64,000 bases of DNA from an uncultured Oscillospiraceae bacterium (GCA_902489475.1 CABUAH010000001.1:25919-89918); one strand, 5' to 3'; counted from the stretch's first letter, positions 18,479 through 27,451 are shown. Numbers and translations: made by a program. The notes: generated from the letters alone by a model not told the origin.

Positions 18479-19603
18479 ATGAAAACAATATTCAAACGTT
18501 GTGATACGGGAATAAAATACTTGGAGATTCAAAATTCGGGAGGGAAAGTGTGGCTCGTTCCTTTTTCCAGCGTGAGAAAAGGGCTAGAGCTGTATCAGCC
18601 ATCCTCAAAGAAAGGGTATATTTTGAAAAAGTACCTTTCAGTGTTCAAATTCTTTCCTTTCGTAATCGATAAATTGAGAATTCATATTGCACACATTCAG
18701 ATAGACGTGAATTTTGCTCAGAGTATCAACGAGTTATTTGACAAAAAAGATATTCATTTCTCGATATTTCTTGGCACACCCGGAAGAGACAATAAACCGA
18801 CGATTCAAATGTATACATCCAGAGAAATACTAGGCTATTGCAAATATTCTGTCAATCCCAGAATATGTGATGCTTTTCGGAGAGAAGCGGAGTGCTTAGA
18901 ATATCTTCGACGAAAAGGTGTAAGGGCAGTTCCAGAGGTATTATTGCTTAAAGAAGTCGATGATGGACAGATAGTTTTTATACAGAGTACGGAAAAGCGT
19001 TTTGGTTCCTCTACGCAGCATGAGATTACGCAACAACAAATCAAATTTCTGCTGGATGTATCCGAAAAGACGCAGCAAAAATGTGAGTTTTCAGAAACAG
19101 ATTACTACAAATCTCTGCGTGATTTCAAGAAGAATCACCATAAGTTCCCTTTCGCTTATGACAAAGAGTCTGTCGAGAATTTGATAAAGATGATTGAGTG
19201 TGAGATGCAAAAAGTGAAGGCGTATGCCTTCTACCATGGAGATTTTACCCCTTGGAACACATATTTAACAGAAAAGGATAACTTAGAAGCTTTTGATCTT
19301 GAGTATTCGAAGTACACATATCCAAAGCTATTGGATATATTTCATTTTTTCACACAGGTCAAGTTGTATGAGAATAGTGAAAATGCAGATGAGATTTGGA
19401 AAGATTTCATAGAGATGTTTGTCCAGGGAAAGCTAAATACGCTATTTGAAAACGCCTATTTTAACTACATGCTGTACTTGGTGGATATTTTAAATCTTTA
19501 TCTAGAGAGGGATTATGGAGCATTCTCGAAGGAAACCACTGAGTTACTCAAGATACGTTATGAGTTGATGCTTCGCTGTTATTCAGTATATTTGGAGGGA
19601 TAA
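18479..19603 (+). CDS. Phosphotransferase family protein (APH/choline-kinase-like fold)
   Basis: The catalytic-loop-like YHGDFTPWN is followed by AFDLEYS. The size and position of these motifs fit the aminoglycoside phosphotransferase/choline kinase superfamily. The substrate is unknown. Confidence 0.5.
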   Translation: MKTIFKRCDTGIKYLEIQNSGGKVWLVPFSSVRKGLELYQPSSKKGYILKKYLSVFKFFPFVIDKLRIHIAHIQIDVNFAQSINELFDKKDIHFSIFLGTPGRDNKPTIQMYTSREILGYCKYSVNPRICDAFRREAECLEYLRRKGVRAVPEVLLLKEVDDGQIVFIQSTEKRFGSSTQHEITQQQIKFLLDVSEKTQQKCEFSETDYYKSLRDFKKNHHKFPFAYDKESVENLIKMIECEMQKVKAYAFYHGDFTPWNTYLTEKDNLEAFDLEYSKYTYPKLLDIFHFFTQVKLYENSENADEIWKDFIEMFVQGKLNTLFENAYFNYMLYLVDILNLYLERDYGAFSKETTELLKIRYELMLRCYSVYLEG

Positions 19604-19606
19604 TAC

Positions 19607-20560
19607 ATGAGCCGATTACGTGAAACAAGAGCATTTGCTGTAAAGCTAAAGAATAAACAGCAATTACAGAGCAGTTCATCAGGAGGTGCTTTTACAGCGA
19701 TTTCGGATGTGTTTTTAACCAACGGTGATGTTGTTATTTCTCCAATCTATAATTATGAAACATGTCAGACCGAATTTGAAATATATCAATCACCCAAGAA
19801 ACGTGATGAGGCTAGAGGATCAAAATATATGCAGTCATATCCTCTAAATATCTTCCGAGAAGCGGAAAAATGGTTGAGGAAGAATGACGGAAATTTACTT
19901 TTTGTTGGCGTTGGATGTCAGGCGGATGGCTTTCGAAAATTTTTAGAAGCACGTGGATTGCGAGATAGGGCTACGATTGTTGGAATAATTTGCCATGGAT
20001 CCTCCTCTCCAATGATATGGAAGGACTATGCCAAGGAAATGGGGAGCATTGCCAATCTGAATTTCCGAGACAAAAGAAATGATTGGCACAGACCAGTTGC
20101 TCATGCAGAAATTAATGGTAGAGAAAAGAGTGTTCAGGACTATCTTACCATTTTTTACAACAAATGCGCACTTCGGCCATCCTGTTATCAATGTCCATAC
20201 GCAACAACAGAAAGGAAAGTAGACTTAACAATTGGCGATTTCTGGGGCATCGAAAAAGCACTGCCAGATTTTGATACGTACGGAGGCGTTTCACTGGTTC
20301 TCGTTCACACTGAGAAGGGACTTGAAGTATTTGAGAAAGTTAAGAATGACGTCGAATGGAGAGAAAGCTCTGTAAGCGATTGCCTACAGCTAAATCTGAT
20401 TAAGCCTACAGATAGGTCGCCCCGGAGAGACGAGTTCTGGAACGATTACAAGACTAAGGGCATTCAGTATGTTCTGAAAAAGTATGCTCCCAAGCCGTCA
20501 CTAATAAGACGTATTGTCAGAAGAATAAAAGGATCTTTAAAAGGGCTGTTGAAGAGATGA
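19607..20560 (+). CDS. Coenzyme F420 hydrogenase/dehydrogenase beta-subunit-like protein (FrhB/FdhB-like), lacking the usual N-terminal 4Fe-4S domain
   Basis: AFAVKLKNKQQLQSSSSGGAFTAISD...FVGVGCQADG...RPSCYQCPYAT...DLTIGDFWG are typical blocks of the FrhB_FdhB family seen in glycan loci. Confidence 0.65.
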   Translation: MSRLRETRAFAVKLKNKQQLQSSSSGGAFTAISDVFLTNGDVVISPIYNYETCQTEFEIYQSPKKRDEARGSKYMQSYPLNIFREAEKWLRKNDGNLLFVGVGCQADGFRKFLEARGLRDRATIVGIICHGSSSPMIWKDYAKEMGSIANLNFRDKRNDWHRPVAHAEINGREKSVQDYLTIFYNKCALRPSCYQCPYATTERKVDLTIGDFWGIEKALPDFDTYGGVSLVLVHTEKGLEVFEKVKNDVEWRESSVSDCLQLNLIKPTDRSPRRDEFWNDYKTKGIQYVLKKYAPKPSLIRRIVRRIKGSLKGLLKR

Positions 20561-20565
20561 AAATA

Positions 20566-21495
20566 AGAGTATAGGTGCGCTAAAAACTATTTGTTCCATT
20601 TTTAATAGCGTGTATTCATATGCCTCCGAAGATTATCGGGGGGATATTGGATAGCATTGTGTAGAACTAGTGTTTCGATTTTTTTGATGATGTCCGGATA
20701 TTTCTATAATCAAGAGAGTGCAATAAAGCAAATACGGAAGGTTGCAATCCTATTTATTGAAGCAAACCTGATATATTGTGTGTGGAGTTATTTCTACGGT
20801 GTATTGTCAGATACTATTTCAATCATTAGTTTCGATAAGTTGCTTAAATATATTTTTTGAACGAATCACCGTTCTCGGGTCATCTATGGTATCTTGGAGC
20901 AGTTCCCTGTACTTAAATATTTATTTACTTACTCGAAAAATGAAAACTACACGAATAATCTACATGACAATACCTTTCTGTTGCTTTAGACATAGTATTT
21001 GGAAAGTATTCTATGCTGTTATTCAGGAGGAAATTTGACTATTTCCTTGTTCGGAATTGGCTGTTTGTTGGTATGTTTTTCTTTTCAATCGGCATGTTGA
21101 TGAACGAAAAGAAGCTACGAATTGGTTGGTGGGGAATACCAGTATTTACACTGACAACCATGCTTGAACGATTTCTGCTTGTAAGAAATGTGATTAATGC
21201 TGCAAGAGATCAGTATATCAGTACAATATTCCTGCCAATATCAGTGTTGAGCTTTGCGCTTGAATATAAAGGAAGTATAAACAACTGGTTAGCCCAAATT
21301 GGAAATCGGCTATCTGCATGGATCTATATCATACACCCATTTTTTGTAACATGCCTTACTTTTATCACAAGTAAAATCGGCATTCAGAAAGGTGGGGTAA
21401 GTTGGAGCTGTTTTTGTATTTGTGATATTTGTTGTATTTGTATATATTGCCGCAAAGATGATAAAAAAGTGCAATTGCGATATTTGAAAAGATGA
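20566..21495 (+). pseudogene. Acyltransferase family 3 (OafA-like O-acyltransferase) gene broken by several frameshifts
   Basis: Family-typical pieces lie in different frames: GALKTICSIF / FLIACIHMPP / RTSVSIFLMMSGYFY / FLNESPFSGHLWYLGA / LVRNWLFVGMFFFSIGMLM / SAWIYIIHPFF. At least four frame changes are needed to join them. Confidence 0.65.
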
Positions 21496-21541
21496 TAGAA
21501 GAAACAAAATAGTAAAAGAGTGTGACGGTGGAGTGATAAAC

Positions 21542-21739
21542 ATGGAAAAGAGGATTCCGATTTTATATAATAAAAAAGAAGAATGCTGTGGTTGTACAGC
21601 TTGCTACGCAATCTGTCCGAAAGAAGCAATCTTTATGGTAGAAGATGAAGAAGGCTTTGAGTATCCGCAAATCAATGAGAGTGAATGCGTTCGATGCTAC
21701 CAGTGTGTTAAGGTTTGTCCGTTAAGTCGAAGGAAGTGA
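21542..21739 (+). CDS. Stand-alone 2x[4Fe-4S] ferredoxin-domain fragment (the N-terminal module normally fused to FrhB-like proteins)
   Basis: CCGCTACYAICPKEAIFMVEDEEGFEYPQINESECVRCYQCVKVCP contains two CxxCxxCxxxCP clusters. GGTGGAG lies upstream. The ORF ends a few codons after the second cluster. Confidence 0.6.
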   Translation: MEKRIPILYNKKEECCGCTACYAICPKEAIFMVEDEEGFEYPQINESECVRCYQCVKVCPLSRRK

Positions 21740-21910
21740 AATAGTTGGTTCGGCATCACCTATAAGGAAGATAAAGAATAGGATGTTTAGAGCTTTAAGA
21801 AGCTGATACAGAATGGTGTGTACAGTGAAGAACTGTACAGTGATTTGTGAGAATGTGCTGGATTTATGAGCCAGTAGAATATGTTTTGAAGGGACATTGA
21901 AAGAAAAAGT

Positions 21911-22543
21911 ATGAATAGAAGAAAGTTACTGATTATCGTATGTACAGTTTTGCTTATGGCTTTGATTGACCTGTGTGCGTGGGCAGTATTTCGTATTTTA
22001 CTTTCGATAGGGGCAGAAACAGATTTTAGTGTTGAGTCACTTCGCTGGACAATGATTGGAGCGATAGGAAGTTGGATGGGATCTATATTTGGTGCTATTG
22101 CACTTGTCGTTTCATTATTTGCCCTATGGCTTCCGCAGAGAGTGAAAATTAAGGTTTCAGTTAGCACAGGATTTATGCTGAACCAGATCCCAGGAATTGA
22201 TAAGACCGATGCATATATAATTACGGTGAAGAATGTGGGAATGAAGTCAATTACAGTAAGCAATGTCTATCTTCATTTTGGAGATAGAAAGCAGGGGGAC
22301 ATTTTTGTTGGAATGCTGAATCAGAATTCTGTTTTGCAAGCTTTCACACCGACCTTCCCCAAACGATTAGATCAAGGGGAAGCTTTTGAATATTATTTGT
22401 TGAGAGATAAGCTGAATTCCGAACTGACTCATTATGAAGAGAAAATGCCTATTGACGCTCCATTTAGTATTCGTGTGGATGTAGTAACCAAGGGAAGTCA
22501 ATATTGTAAGACAAAATGGACGTTGAGAACGTTTATCGGTTAA
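21911..22543 (+). CDS. Hypothetical membrane-anchored protein
   Basis: Two N-terminal hydrophobic spans (LLIIVCTVLLMALIDLCAWAVF and IGAIGSWMGSIFGAIALVVSLFALW) are followed by a soluble domain. No family was recognised. It is preferred over the antisense ORF 21787-22263. Confidence 0.5.
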   Translation: MNRRKLLIIVCTVLLMALIDLCAWAVFRILLSIGAETDFSVESLRWTMIGAIGSWMGSIFGAIALVVSLFALWLPQRVKIKVSVSTGFMLNQIPGIDKTDAYIITVKNVGMKSITVSNVYLHFGDRKQGDIFVGMLNQNSVLQAFTPTFPKRLDQGEAFEYYLLRDKLNSELTHYEEKMPIDAPFSIRVDVVTKGSQYCKTKWTLRTFIG

Positions 22544-22549
22544 TGAGTT

Positions 22550-23644
22550 ATGCAGTTGAATTTAGGAAGCCCGCACTTATGTTTGAAATGCTCTGCGACC
22601 GTATCGGCTAAAGCTGCTGCGCCTTTCCCCGGTGAAGTTTATCCATTTCTGAACCACAGGAGAAATCCTGAAGATATAACCGGCGGAGCAGGATTTATCG
22701 GCTCCAATTTTATTTATCATATTTTGCATAAATATCCTGACTATAAGGTCGTTTGCATTGATAAGCTCACTTATGCCGGAAATTTGTCTACACTTGAAAA
22801 TGCGTTGAAGAATCCGAACTTTCGTTTTGCGAAGGCAGATATTTGTGACAAAATTGCTGTAGAAAAAATTTTTGACGAAGAGCGTCCTGATATTGTCGTA
22901 AACTTTGCAGCAGAATCACATGTGGACAGAAGTATTGAAAATCCATCTGTCTTTTTAAAAACCAATGTTTTGGGCGTGCAGGTTTTGATGGACGCTTGTT
23001 TAAAATACGGCGTTTCAAGGTTTCATCAGGTTTCAACTGATGAGGTGTACGGAGATTTGCCGCTTGATAAACCCGATATGCGTTTTACGGAAAATTCGTC
23101 TTTAAATCCGTCAAGCCCGTACAGCGCATCTAAAGCGGCAGCAGATTTGTTGGTACTTTCATATTACAAAACCTATGGTTTAAGTGTTAGCATAAGCCGT
23201 AGTAGCAATAATTTCGGACCGTATCAATTTCCTGAAAAGCTGATTCCGCTTATGATAAAAAATGCGCTTGAAAATAAGCCGCTGCCTGTTTACGGTGACG
23301 GAAAAAACATTCGTGACTGGATCTATGTGACGGATCATTGCAAAGCGATAGATCTAATAATTCATAGCGGTCGAGTGGGCGAGATTTATAATGTCGGCGC
23401 AAATAACGAAATGAGCAATATAAATCTAGTAAAGCTTATTTGCAAGGAACTTGACAAACCGGAGTGCCTGATAAGCTATGTTGAGGACAGAAAGGGACAT
23501 GACCGTAGGTATGCCGTTGACTCATCAAAGCTAAAAAGCGAGCTTGGCTGGAAAGCAGAAACAGATTTTTTATTTGGCTTTAAAAATACAGTCGATTGGT
23601 ACGTTAACAACCGTGAATGGTTGACAAATATTAGTGAAAAATAA
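22550..23644 (+). CDS. rfbB: dTDP-glucose 4,6-dehydratase (copy 2, host-like composition) with an aberrant N-terminus
   Basis: [12 protein letters not shown]...[10 protein letters not shown]...STDEVYGDL...YSASKAAADL...FPEKLIPL...GHDRRYAVDSSKL. The dehydratase homology begins only at about 22676. The 42 upstream codons to the ATG at 22550 look like no RfbB N-terminus. Confidence 0.8.
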   Translation: MQLNLGSPHLCLKCSATVSAKAAAPFPGEVYPFLNHRRNPEDITGGAGFIGSNFIYHILHKYPDYKVVCIDKLTYAGNLSTLENALKNPNFRFAKADICDKIAVEKIFDEERPDIVVNFAAESHVDRSIENPSVFLKTNVLGVQVLMDACLKYGVSRFHQVSTDEVYGDLPLDKPDMRFTENSSLNPSSPYSASKAAADLLVLSYYKTYGLSVSISRSSNNFGPYQFPEKLIPLMIKNALENKPLPVYGDGKNIRDWIYVTDHCKAIDLIIHSGRVGEIYNVGANNEMSNINLVKLICKELDKPECLISYVEDRKGHDRRYAVDSSKLKSELGWKAETDFLFGFKNTVDWYVNNREWLTNISEK

Positions 23645-23649
23645 AAATT

Positions 23650-23679
23650 CCCCTGAGAACATTTTAAAGCTCTCAGGGG
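23650..23679. terminator. Hairpin between the convergent rfbB copy 2 and trpA (bidirectional terminator candidate)
   Basis: A 9-bp stem cccctgaga/tctcagggg. On the minus strand it is followed by aattttt. Confidence 0.55.
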
Positions 23680-23706
23680 CTTGTCATATCCAAATATACT
23701 GTTAAT

Positions 23707-24492
23707 TTATATCGCACTTTTAAGGCTTTTTACAAATTTACCGACCTTGCCTGCTGAATTCTCACCGTACTCTTCGATAATTTTTTCTATTGCGTCTCCA
23801 ACAATTACTCCGTCACAGTATTTGGACATAATTGCCGCCTGTTCGGGAGTTGAAACGTCCAATCCAACACAAGCAGGACAGGATACGTTTTTATTTATCT
23901 GCAAGAAGAACTCTTCAAGGTCCGTTTCAAATTCTGTTTTTGTTTCCATGACCTTGAGAGGTGGAATGCAGTATAAAAATCCGTCGCTGTGTGAAGCTAT
24001 TGTAGCAATCCTGCCGTGGGAGGTTGGCGTAACAAAATTTATGCTGTAAATTCCGCGTTTTTCAGCATAGTCTATTATTTCATCACGCTCTTCAAAAGGC
24101 ATATCAGGAACGATTACTCCGTCAATTCGGGCATCTTTACAGTTCTTAAAAAACCGCTCTTTACCGTAAACAAAAAGTGTGTTCAAATACATCATCAGTA
24201 GCAGAGGTTTGTCGGTTTTTTGGCGCAAGCTTTTTACTAAATCGAAGATCATATCAAGTGTTGTGCCTTTTGAAAGTGAGCGAAGAGATGCTTTTTGTAT
24301 GCTTGGACTTTCGGCAATCGGATCGGAGAAGGGAACCCCGAGTTCAACTATATCGGCGCCGTTTTCAAACATTGAAAGCACAATTTCTTCTGTTGCTTTA
24401 ATGCTCGGATCGCCGGCTGTCACGAAAGTAATTAGCGCTTTTTTACCATTTGATTTTAGTGCTTCAAAGCACAGGTCTATTCTATTGTTCAT
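23707..24492 (-). CDS. trpA: Tryptophan synthase alpha chain
   Basis: [29 protein letters not shown]...[19 protein letters not shown]. The ATG at 24492 overlaps the trpB stop by 11 nt. The longer ORF starting at 24540 is unlikely. Confidence 0.9.
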   Translation of the reverse strand: MNNRIDLCFEALKSNGKKALITFVTAGDPSIKATEEIVLSMFENGADIVELGVPFSDPIAESPSIQKASLRSLSKGTTLDMIFDLVKSLRQKTDKPLLLMMYLNTLFVYGKERFFKNCKDARIDGVIVPDMPFEERDEIIDYAEKRGIYSINFVTPTSHGRIATIASHSDGFLYCIPPLKVMETKTEFETDLEEFFLQINKNVSCPACVGLDVSTPEQAAIMSKYCDGVIVGDAIEKIIEEYGENSAGKVGKFVKSLKSAI

Positions 24493-25672
24493 AAATCTCA
24501 ACCCCCTTGTATTTTGCGACAGAGTATACATCCTTGTCACCTCGACCGGAAAGATTTATAACCAAAATCTGTTCCTTGTTCATTGTCGGTGCAATCTTTA
24601 ACGCTGCCGCAACAGCGTGAGCTGATTCTATCGCAGGAATAATACCCTCGATTCTGGATAAATATTCAAAAGCATTTACTGCTTCTTCATCGGTTATATT
24701 AACATATTCTGCCCGTTTTGTTTTGTGAAGATAAGCGTGTTCCGGACCTACTCCCGGATAGTCAAGTCCTGCTGAAATTGAGTATACAGGATCAATTTGT
24801 CCGTATTCGTTTTGCAAAAACAACGACTTCATTCCATGAAAAATTCCAACGCTGCCTTTTGTTATTGTTGCGGCGTGCTGTTTGGTATTAACACCTTTTC
24901 CCGCAGCTTCCGCTCCGACAAGTCTTACACTTTGATCGCCTATAAAATCGTAAAATGCACCGATTGCATTAGATCCGCCGCCAACGCATGCAACAATACA
25001 ATCAGGGAGTTTTCCTTCCGCCTCAAGCATTTGACTGCGTATTTCTTTAGAAATTATCTTTTGAAAATCTCTTACCATTTGAGGGTAGGGGTGAGGTCCC
25101 ATAACGGAGCCAATGCAGTAGAATGTTGAGTCAATATTTGAACACCAATCTCTCATAGCCTCGTTTATTGCGTCCTTGAGAGTTGCTGTTCCGCTGTCAA
25201 CGCCCGTCACCTTAGCACCTAAAAGATTCATTCGGTATACGTTTAGCGATTGACGTTTCATATCTTCGCTTCCCATGTATATCTCACATTCAAGTCCCAT
25301 CAGAGCACAAACCGTCGCTGTTGCAACACCGTGCTGACCTGCGCCTGTTTCAGCAATAACTCTCTTTTTACCCATTTTCTTAGCAAGAAGAATTTGTCCT
25401 AAGACATTGTTGATTTTGTGCGAGCCGGTGTGGTTTAAGTCCTCACGCTTAATATAAACTTTCGCACCGCCGAGGTCTATTGTCATTTTTTCAGCGTAAT
25501 AAAGCAAAGATGGGCGGTTTGCATATGTTTTATAAAGCTTTGTAAGTTCACTTGTAAATCCCGGGTCATTTTTGTATTTTTCATAAGCGTTGTTTAATTC
25601 GTTGACTGCGTTCATTACTGTTTCAGGAACATATTGACCGCCGAATTCACCGTATCTTCCGATTTTACCCAT
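24482..25672 (-). CDS. trpB: Tryptophan synthase beta chain
   Basis: [13 protein letters not shown]...[11 protein letters not shown]...[12 protein letters not shown]...GGGSNAIG. The ATG at 25672 has AAAGGA 8 nt upstream; the ATG at 25681 is the alternative. Confidence 0.93.
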   Translation of the reverse strand: MGKIGRYGEFGGQYVPETVMNAVNELNNAYEKYKNDPGFTSELTKLYKTYANRPSLLYYAEKMTIDLGGAKVYIKREDLNHTGSHKINNVLGQILLAKKMGKKRVIAETGAGQHGVATATVCALMGLECEIYMGSEDMKRQSLNVYRMNLLGAKVTGVDSGTATLKDAINEAMRDWCSNIDSTFYCIGSVMGPHPYPQMVRDFQKIISKEIRSQMLEAEGKLPDCIVACVGGGSNAIGAFYDFIGDQSVRLVGAEAAGKGVNTKQHAATITKGSVGIFHGMKSLFLQNEYGQIDPVYSISAGLDYPGVGPEHAYLHKTKRAEYVNITDEEAVNAFEYLSRIEGIIPAIESAHAVAAALKIAPTMNKEQILVINLSGRGDKDVYSVAKYKGVEIYEQ

Positions 25673-25764
25673 GTTTTTCATCCTTTCTGACTGTTAATAT
25701 TATTTTTGTGTTTTAAGCGCATTTGCGGAGAAATGCTTAAGGCAGGAAATAGCTTTTTCTTTTT

Positions 25765-25866
25765 TCACCATCGACAAATCTGCAACGTATTCCATACTGT
25801 CGGATTCACCGTTCTTATAACAAGACGGTCGAATGGATAACCGTTAAAGCGTTTGATGTCTAACAT
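25765..25866 (-). CDS. Candidate 33-codon small ORF between the T-box terminator and trpB
   Basis: GGAGG (25876-25880 on the minus strand) lies 9 nt upstream of an ATG. The ORF encodes MLDIKRFNGYPFDRLVIRTVNPTVWNTLQICRW. It has no recognisable family and may be non-coding. Confidence 0.25.
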   Translation of the reverse strand: MLDIKRFNGYPFDRLVIRTVNPTVWNTLQICRW

Positions 25867-25895
25867 AACTTACAACCTCCGTTAAATTTTGCAAT

Positions 25896-26210
25896 AAAAA
25901 AAGCCTATCATCCATAAAGTCGTAAAGACTTTATGGGACGATAGACAAAATCCTCGTGGTGCCACCCATTTTCCCGATGTATAAACATCGGCTCATGAAA
26001 AGTACGCAACAGTAAACTGTATCAATACTCCTTTCCTTTAACGCAGAAAACACACGGCTAAAGATAATCTCAAAAAATTGATTTCACCAAGCTCCTCACA
26101 AATCCATTCACATAATTTCCGTATGTATCGGACTTCCACCGCCGCCGACTCTCTGTAACATCGTGAAAAAAGCTACTTACTTTTGTTCATAGGATTTAAT
26201 TTTATTGACT
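25896..26210 (-). promoter_or_regulatory. T-box leader (tRNA-Trp responsive) with intrinsic terminator
   Basis: Read on the minus strand: an AGAGAG box followed by GGTGGAA; a specifier loop GAA-UGG-A with the UGG codon at 26104-26106; the T-box sequence AAAATGGGTGGCACCACGAGG (25951-25972); and a terminator with 19-nt arms (25927-45 and 25903-21, two non-pairing positions) plus U7 (25896-25902). Confidence 0.85.
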
Positions 26211-26217
26211 TGAGTTT

Positions 26218-26246
26218 ATTATATGATGATTTTCAGCATTTGTCAA
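26218..26246 (-). promoter_or_regulatory. Consensus sigma-A promoter for the T-box/trpBA transcript
   Basis: On the minus strand: TTGACA (26241-26246), a 17-nt spacer and TATAAT (26218-26223). Confidence 0.65.
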
Positions 26247-26269
26247 TATATTTTTCAAAATATTTTATA

Positions 26270-27376
26270 TTACTGATTCATAAGATTTGCGACAAGCTCT
26301 GAGTTATCACCCGTGCTTGTGAACATACAGCAAGCAAACAGCACGTCTGTTGCACCTACGTTTTGACAAAACTCAATAGCGTTTATGTCAAAATATCTTA
26401 TATCGCAAACATAAATATGTTCAAACGACTGAGTTAAGAAAGGAACAAGTGCGTTTCCGAAGCTGTCTTTAAATATTACAAGAGTTCTTGAGTTTTGATT
26501 ATCTGTATCAATTTTTGCGATCTCTCTGTCATCGCCCAAGAAAGTGCTGTATGCGTTTTTCATTTCAAAGTCGTCAAAAAACAATATGCTTTCAACAGGA
26601 TTTGAAAAATGTGTATCATAGTAAGTGGTTTTTAATCTTTCTAAATTAGCCGGTTTATAATACGTGAATAGATCCGGGTTCTGCGCCAGCTCGTTTGAAC
26701 TTGCAAAGCCTTCAAGAGTACCGCAGAAGCCTTCATAATCAACTTTTGTGTATGTGGATAGGTCAGGGAACTGGTTTACAGAAGCCCTTTCGGCAAAAAC
26801 CCCGGCAGCATAATAAGCGCCGAGCGGCTGCCAATGGTGGTCAGTTCTAAAGTAAATGTATTCGTCCGAATGTTCTGCAAGCGTATTATAAATATCAACG
26901 TCGATTACATTTTTCAGCTGACTTTGAATGTTTCGTATGTTGTCATATTGGCTTGCAAACTCGCTTTCGTATTTTGTCGGAAGATAATACGAAAAAGCTG
27001 TCGGAATACACATATTGTATACATTTACTTTATCACCGAGCTTTTCTTTGTAAGTATTAAGAGTTTCAGCATATTTCGAGCCTTTTTCAAAGCTTCCTCC
27101 GTAAAGTTCAATAGCTCTTACGTCATTGCCCGTTCCGGTGATCATAACACCGTCATTTTGATATTCGCCCTTTGTGTCAACCTGCGGCTTCTTATTGTTC
27201 GGATCTGAGCTGTCGTCAGTTCCGGAATTATTGCCGTCCGATGATGAATCGCCGTTAGAATCGGATTGACTCGAAGAATCTTTTGGCGTGACAGCTGAAT
27301 TTTCGCCGTCATCGCATCCGACCATCATAGAAGTTGAAATAACAAGCGCTAACAATAATGCAATTGTTTTTTTCAT
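26270..27376 (-). CDS. DHHW family lipoprotein (AlgX/AlgJ-like SGNH fold)
   Basis: A lipobox LVISTSMMVGC, a Ser/Asp-rich linker, and the family-defining YFRTDHHWQPLGAYYAA. Confidence 0.75.
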   Translation of the reverse strand: MKKTIALLLALVISTSMMVGCDDGENSAVTPKDSSSQSDSNGDSSSDGNNSGTDDSSDPNNKKPQVDTKGEYQNDGVMITGTGNDVRAIELYGGSFEKGSKYAETLNTYKEKLGDKVNVYNMCIPTAFSYYLPTKYESEFASQYDNIRNIQSQLKNVIDVDIYNTLAEHSDEYIYFRTDHHWQPLGAYYAAGVFAERASVNQFPDLSTYTKVDYEGFCGTLEGFASSNELAQNPDLFTYYKPANLERLKTTYYDTHFSNPVESILFFDDFEMKNAYSTFLGDDREIAKIDTDNQNSRTLVIFKDSFGNALVPFLTQSFEHIYVCDIRYFDINAIEFCQNVGATDVLFACCMFTSTGDNSELVANLMNQ

Positions 27377-27417
27377 AATATTTTGTCTCCTTTTCTTTAT
27401 CTTTTTCTCTTTTTTTT

Positions 27418-27446
27418 AGTATAGCAAATACAAAAAGCTATGTCAA
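27418..27446 (-). promoter_or_regulatory. Sigma-A promoter upstream of the DHHW gene
   Basis: On the minus strand: TTGACA (27441-27446), a 17-nt spacer and TATACT (27418-27423). Confidence 0.5.
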
Positions 27447-27451
27447 CAAAA

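Noticed and set aside
21787-22263. A 158-codon minus-strand ORF overlapping the 21911-22543 gene
   Set aside because: The plus-strand partner has a more protein-like sequence, with two clean transmembrane helices and a soluble domain, and is co-oriented with the operon. The minus ORF looks like its antisense shadow. Confidence in this choice is only moderate.
22550-22675. The GC-richer 125-nt stretch before rfbB copy 2 as a regulatory RNA or fragment of another gene
   Set aside because: I found no convincing hairpins, known leader motifs or protein similarity in any frame. It is treated only as the aberrant N-terminal extension or junction sequence discussed in the findings.
24179-24601. A 140-codon plus-strand ORF
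   Set aside because: It is antisense to the trpA/trpB junction.
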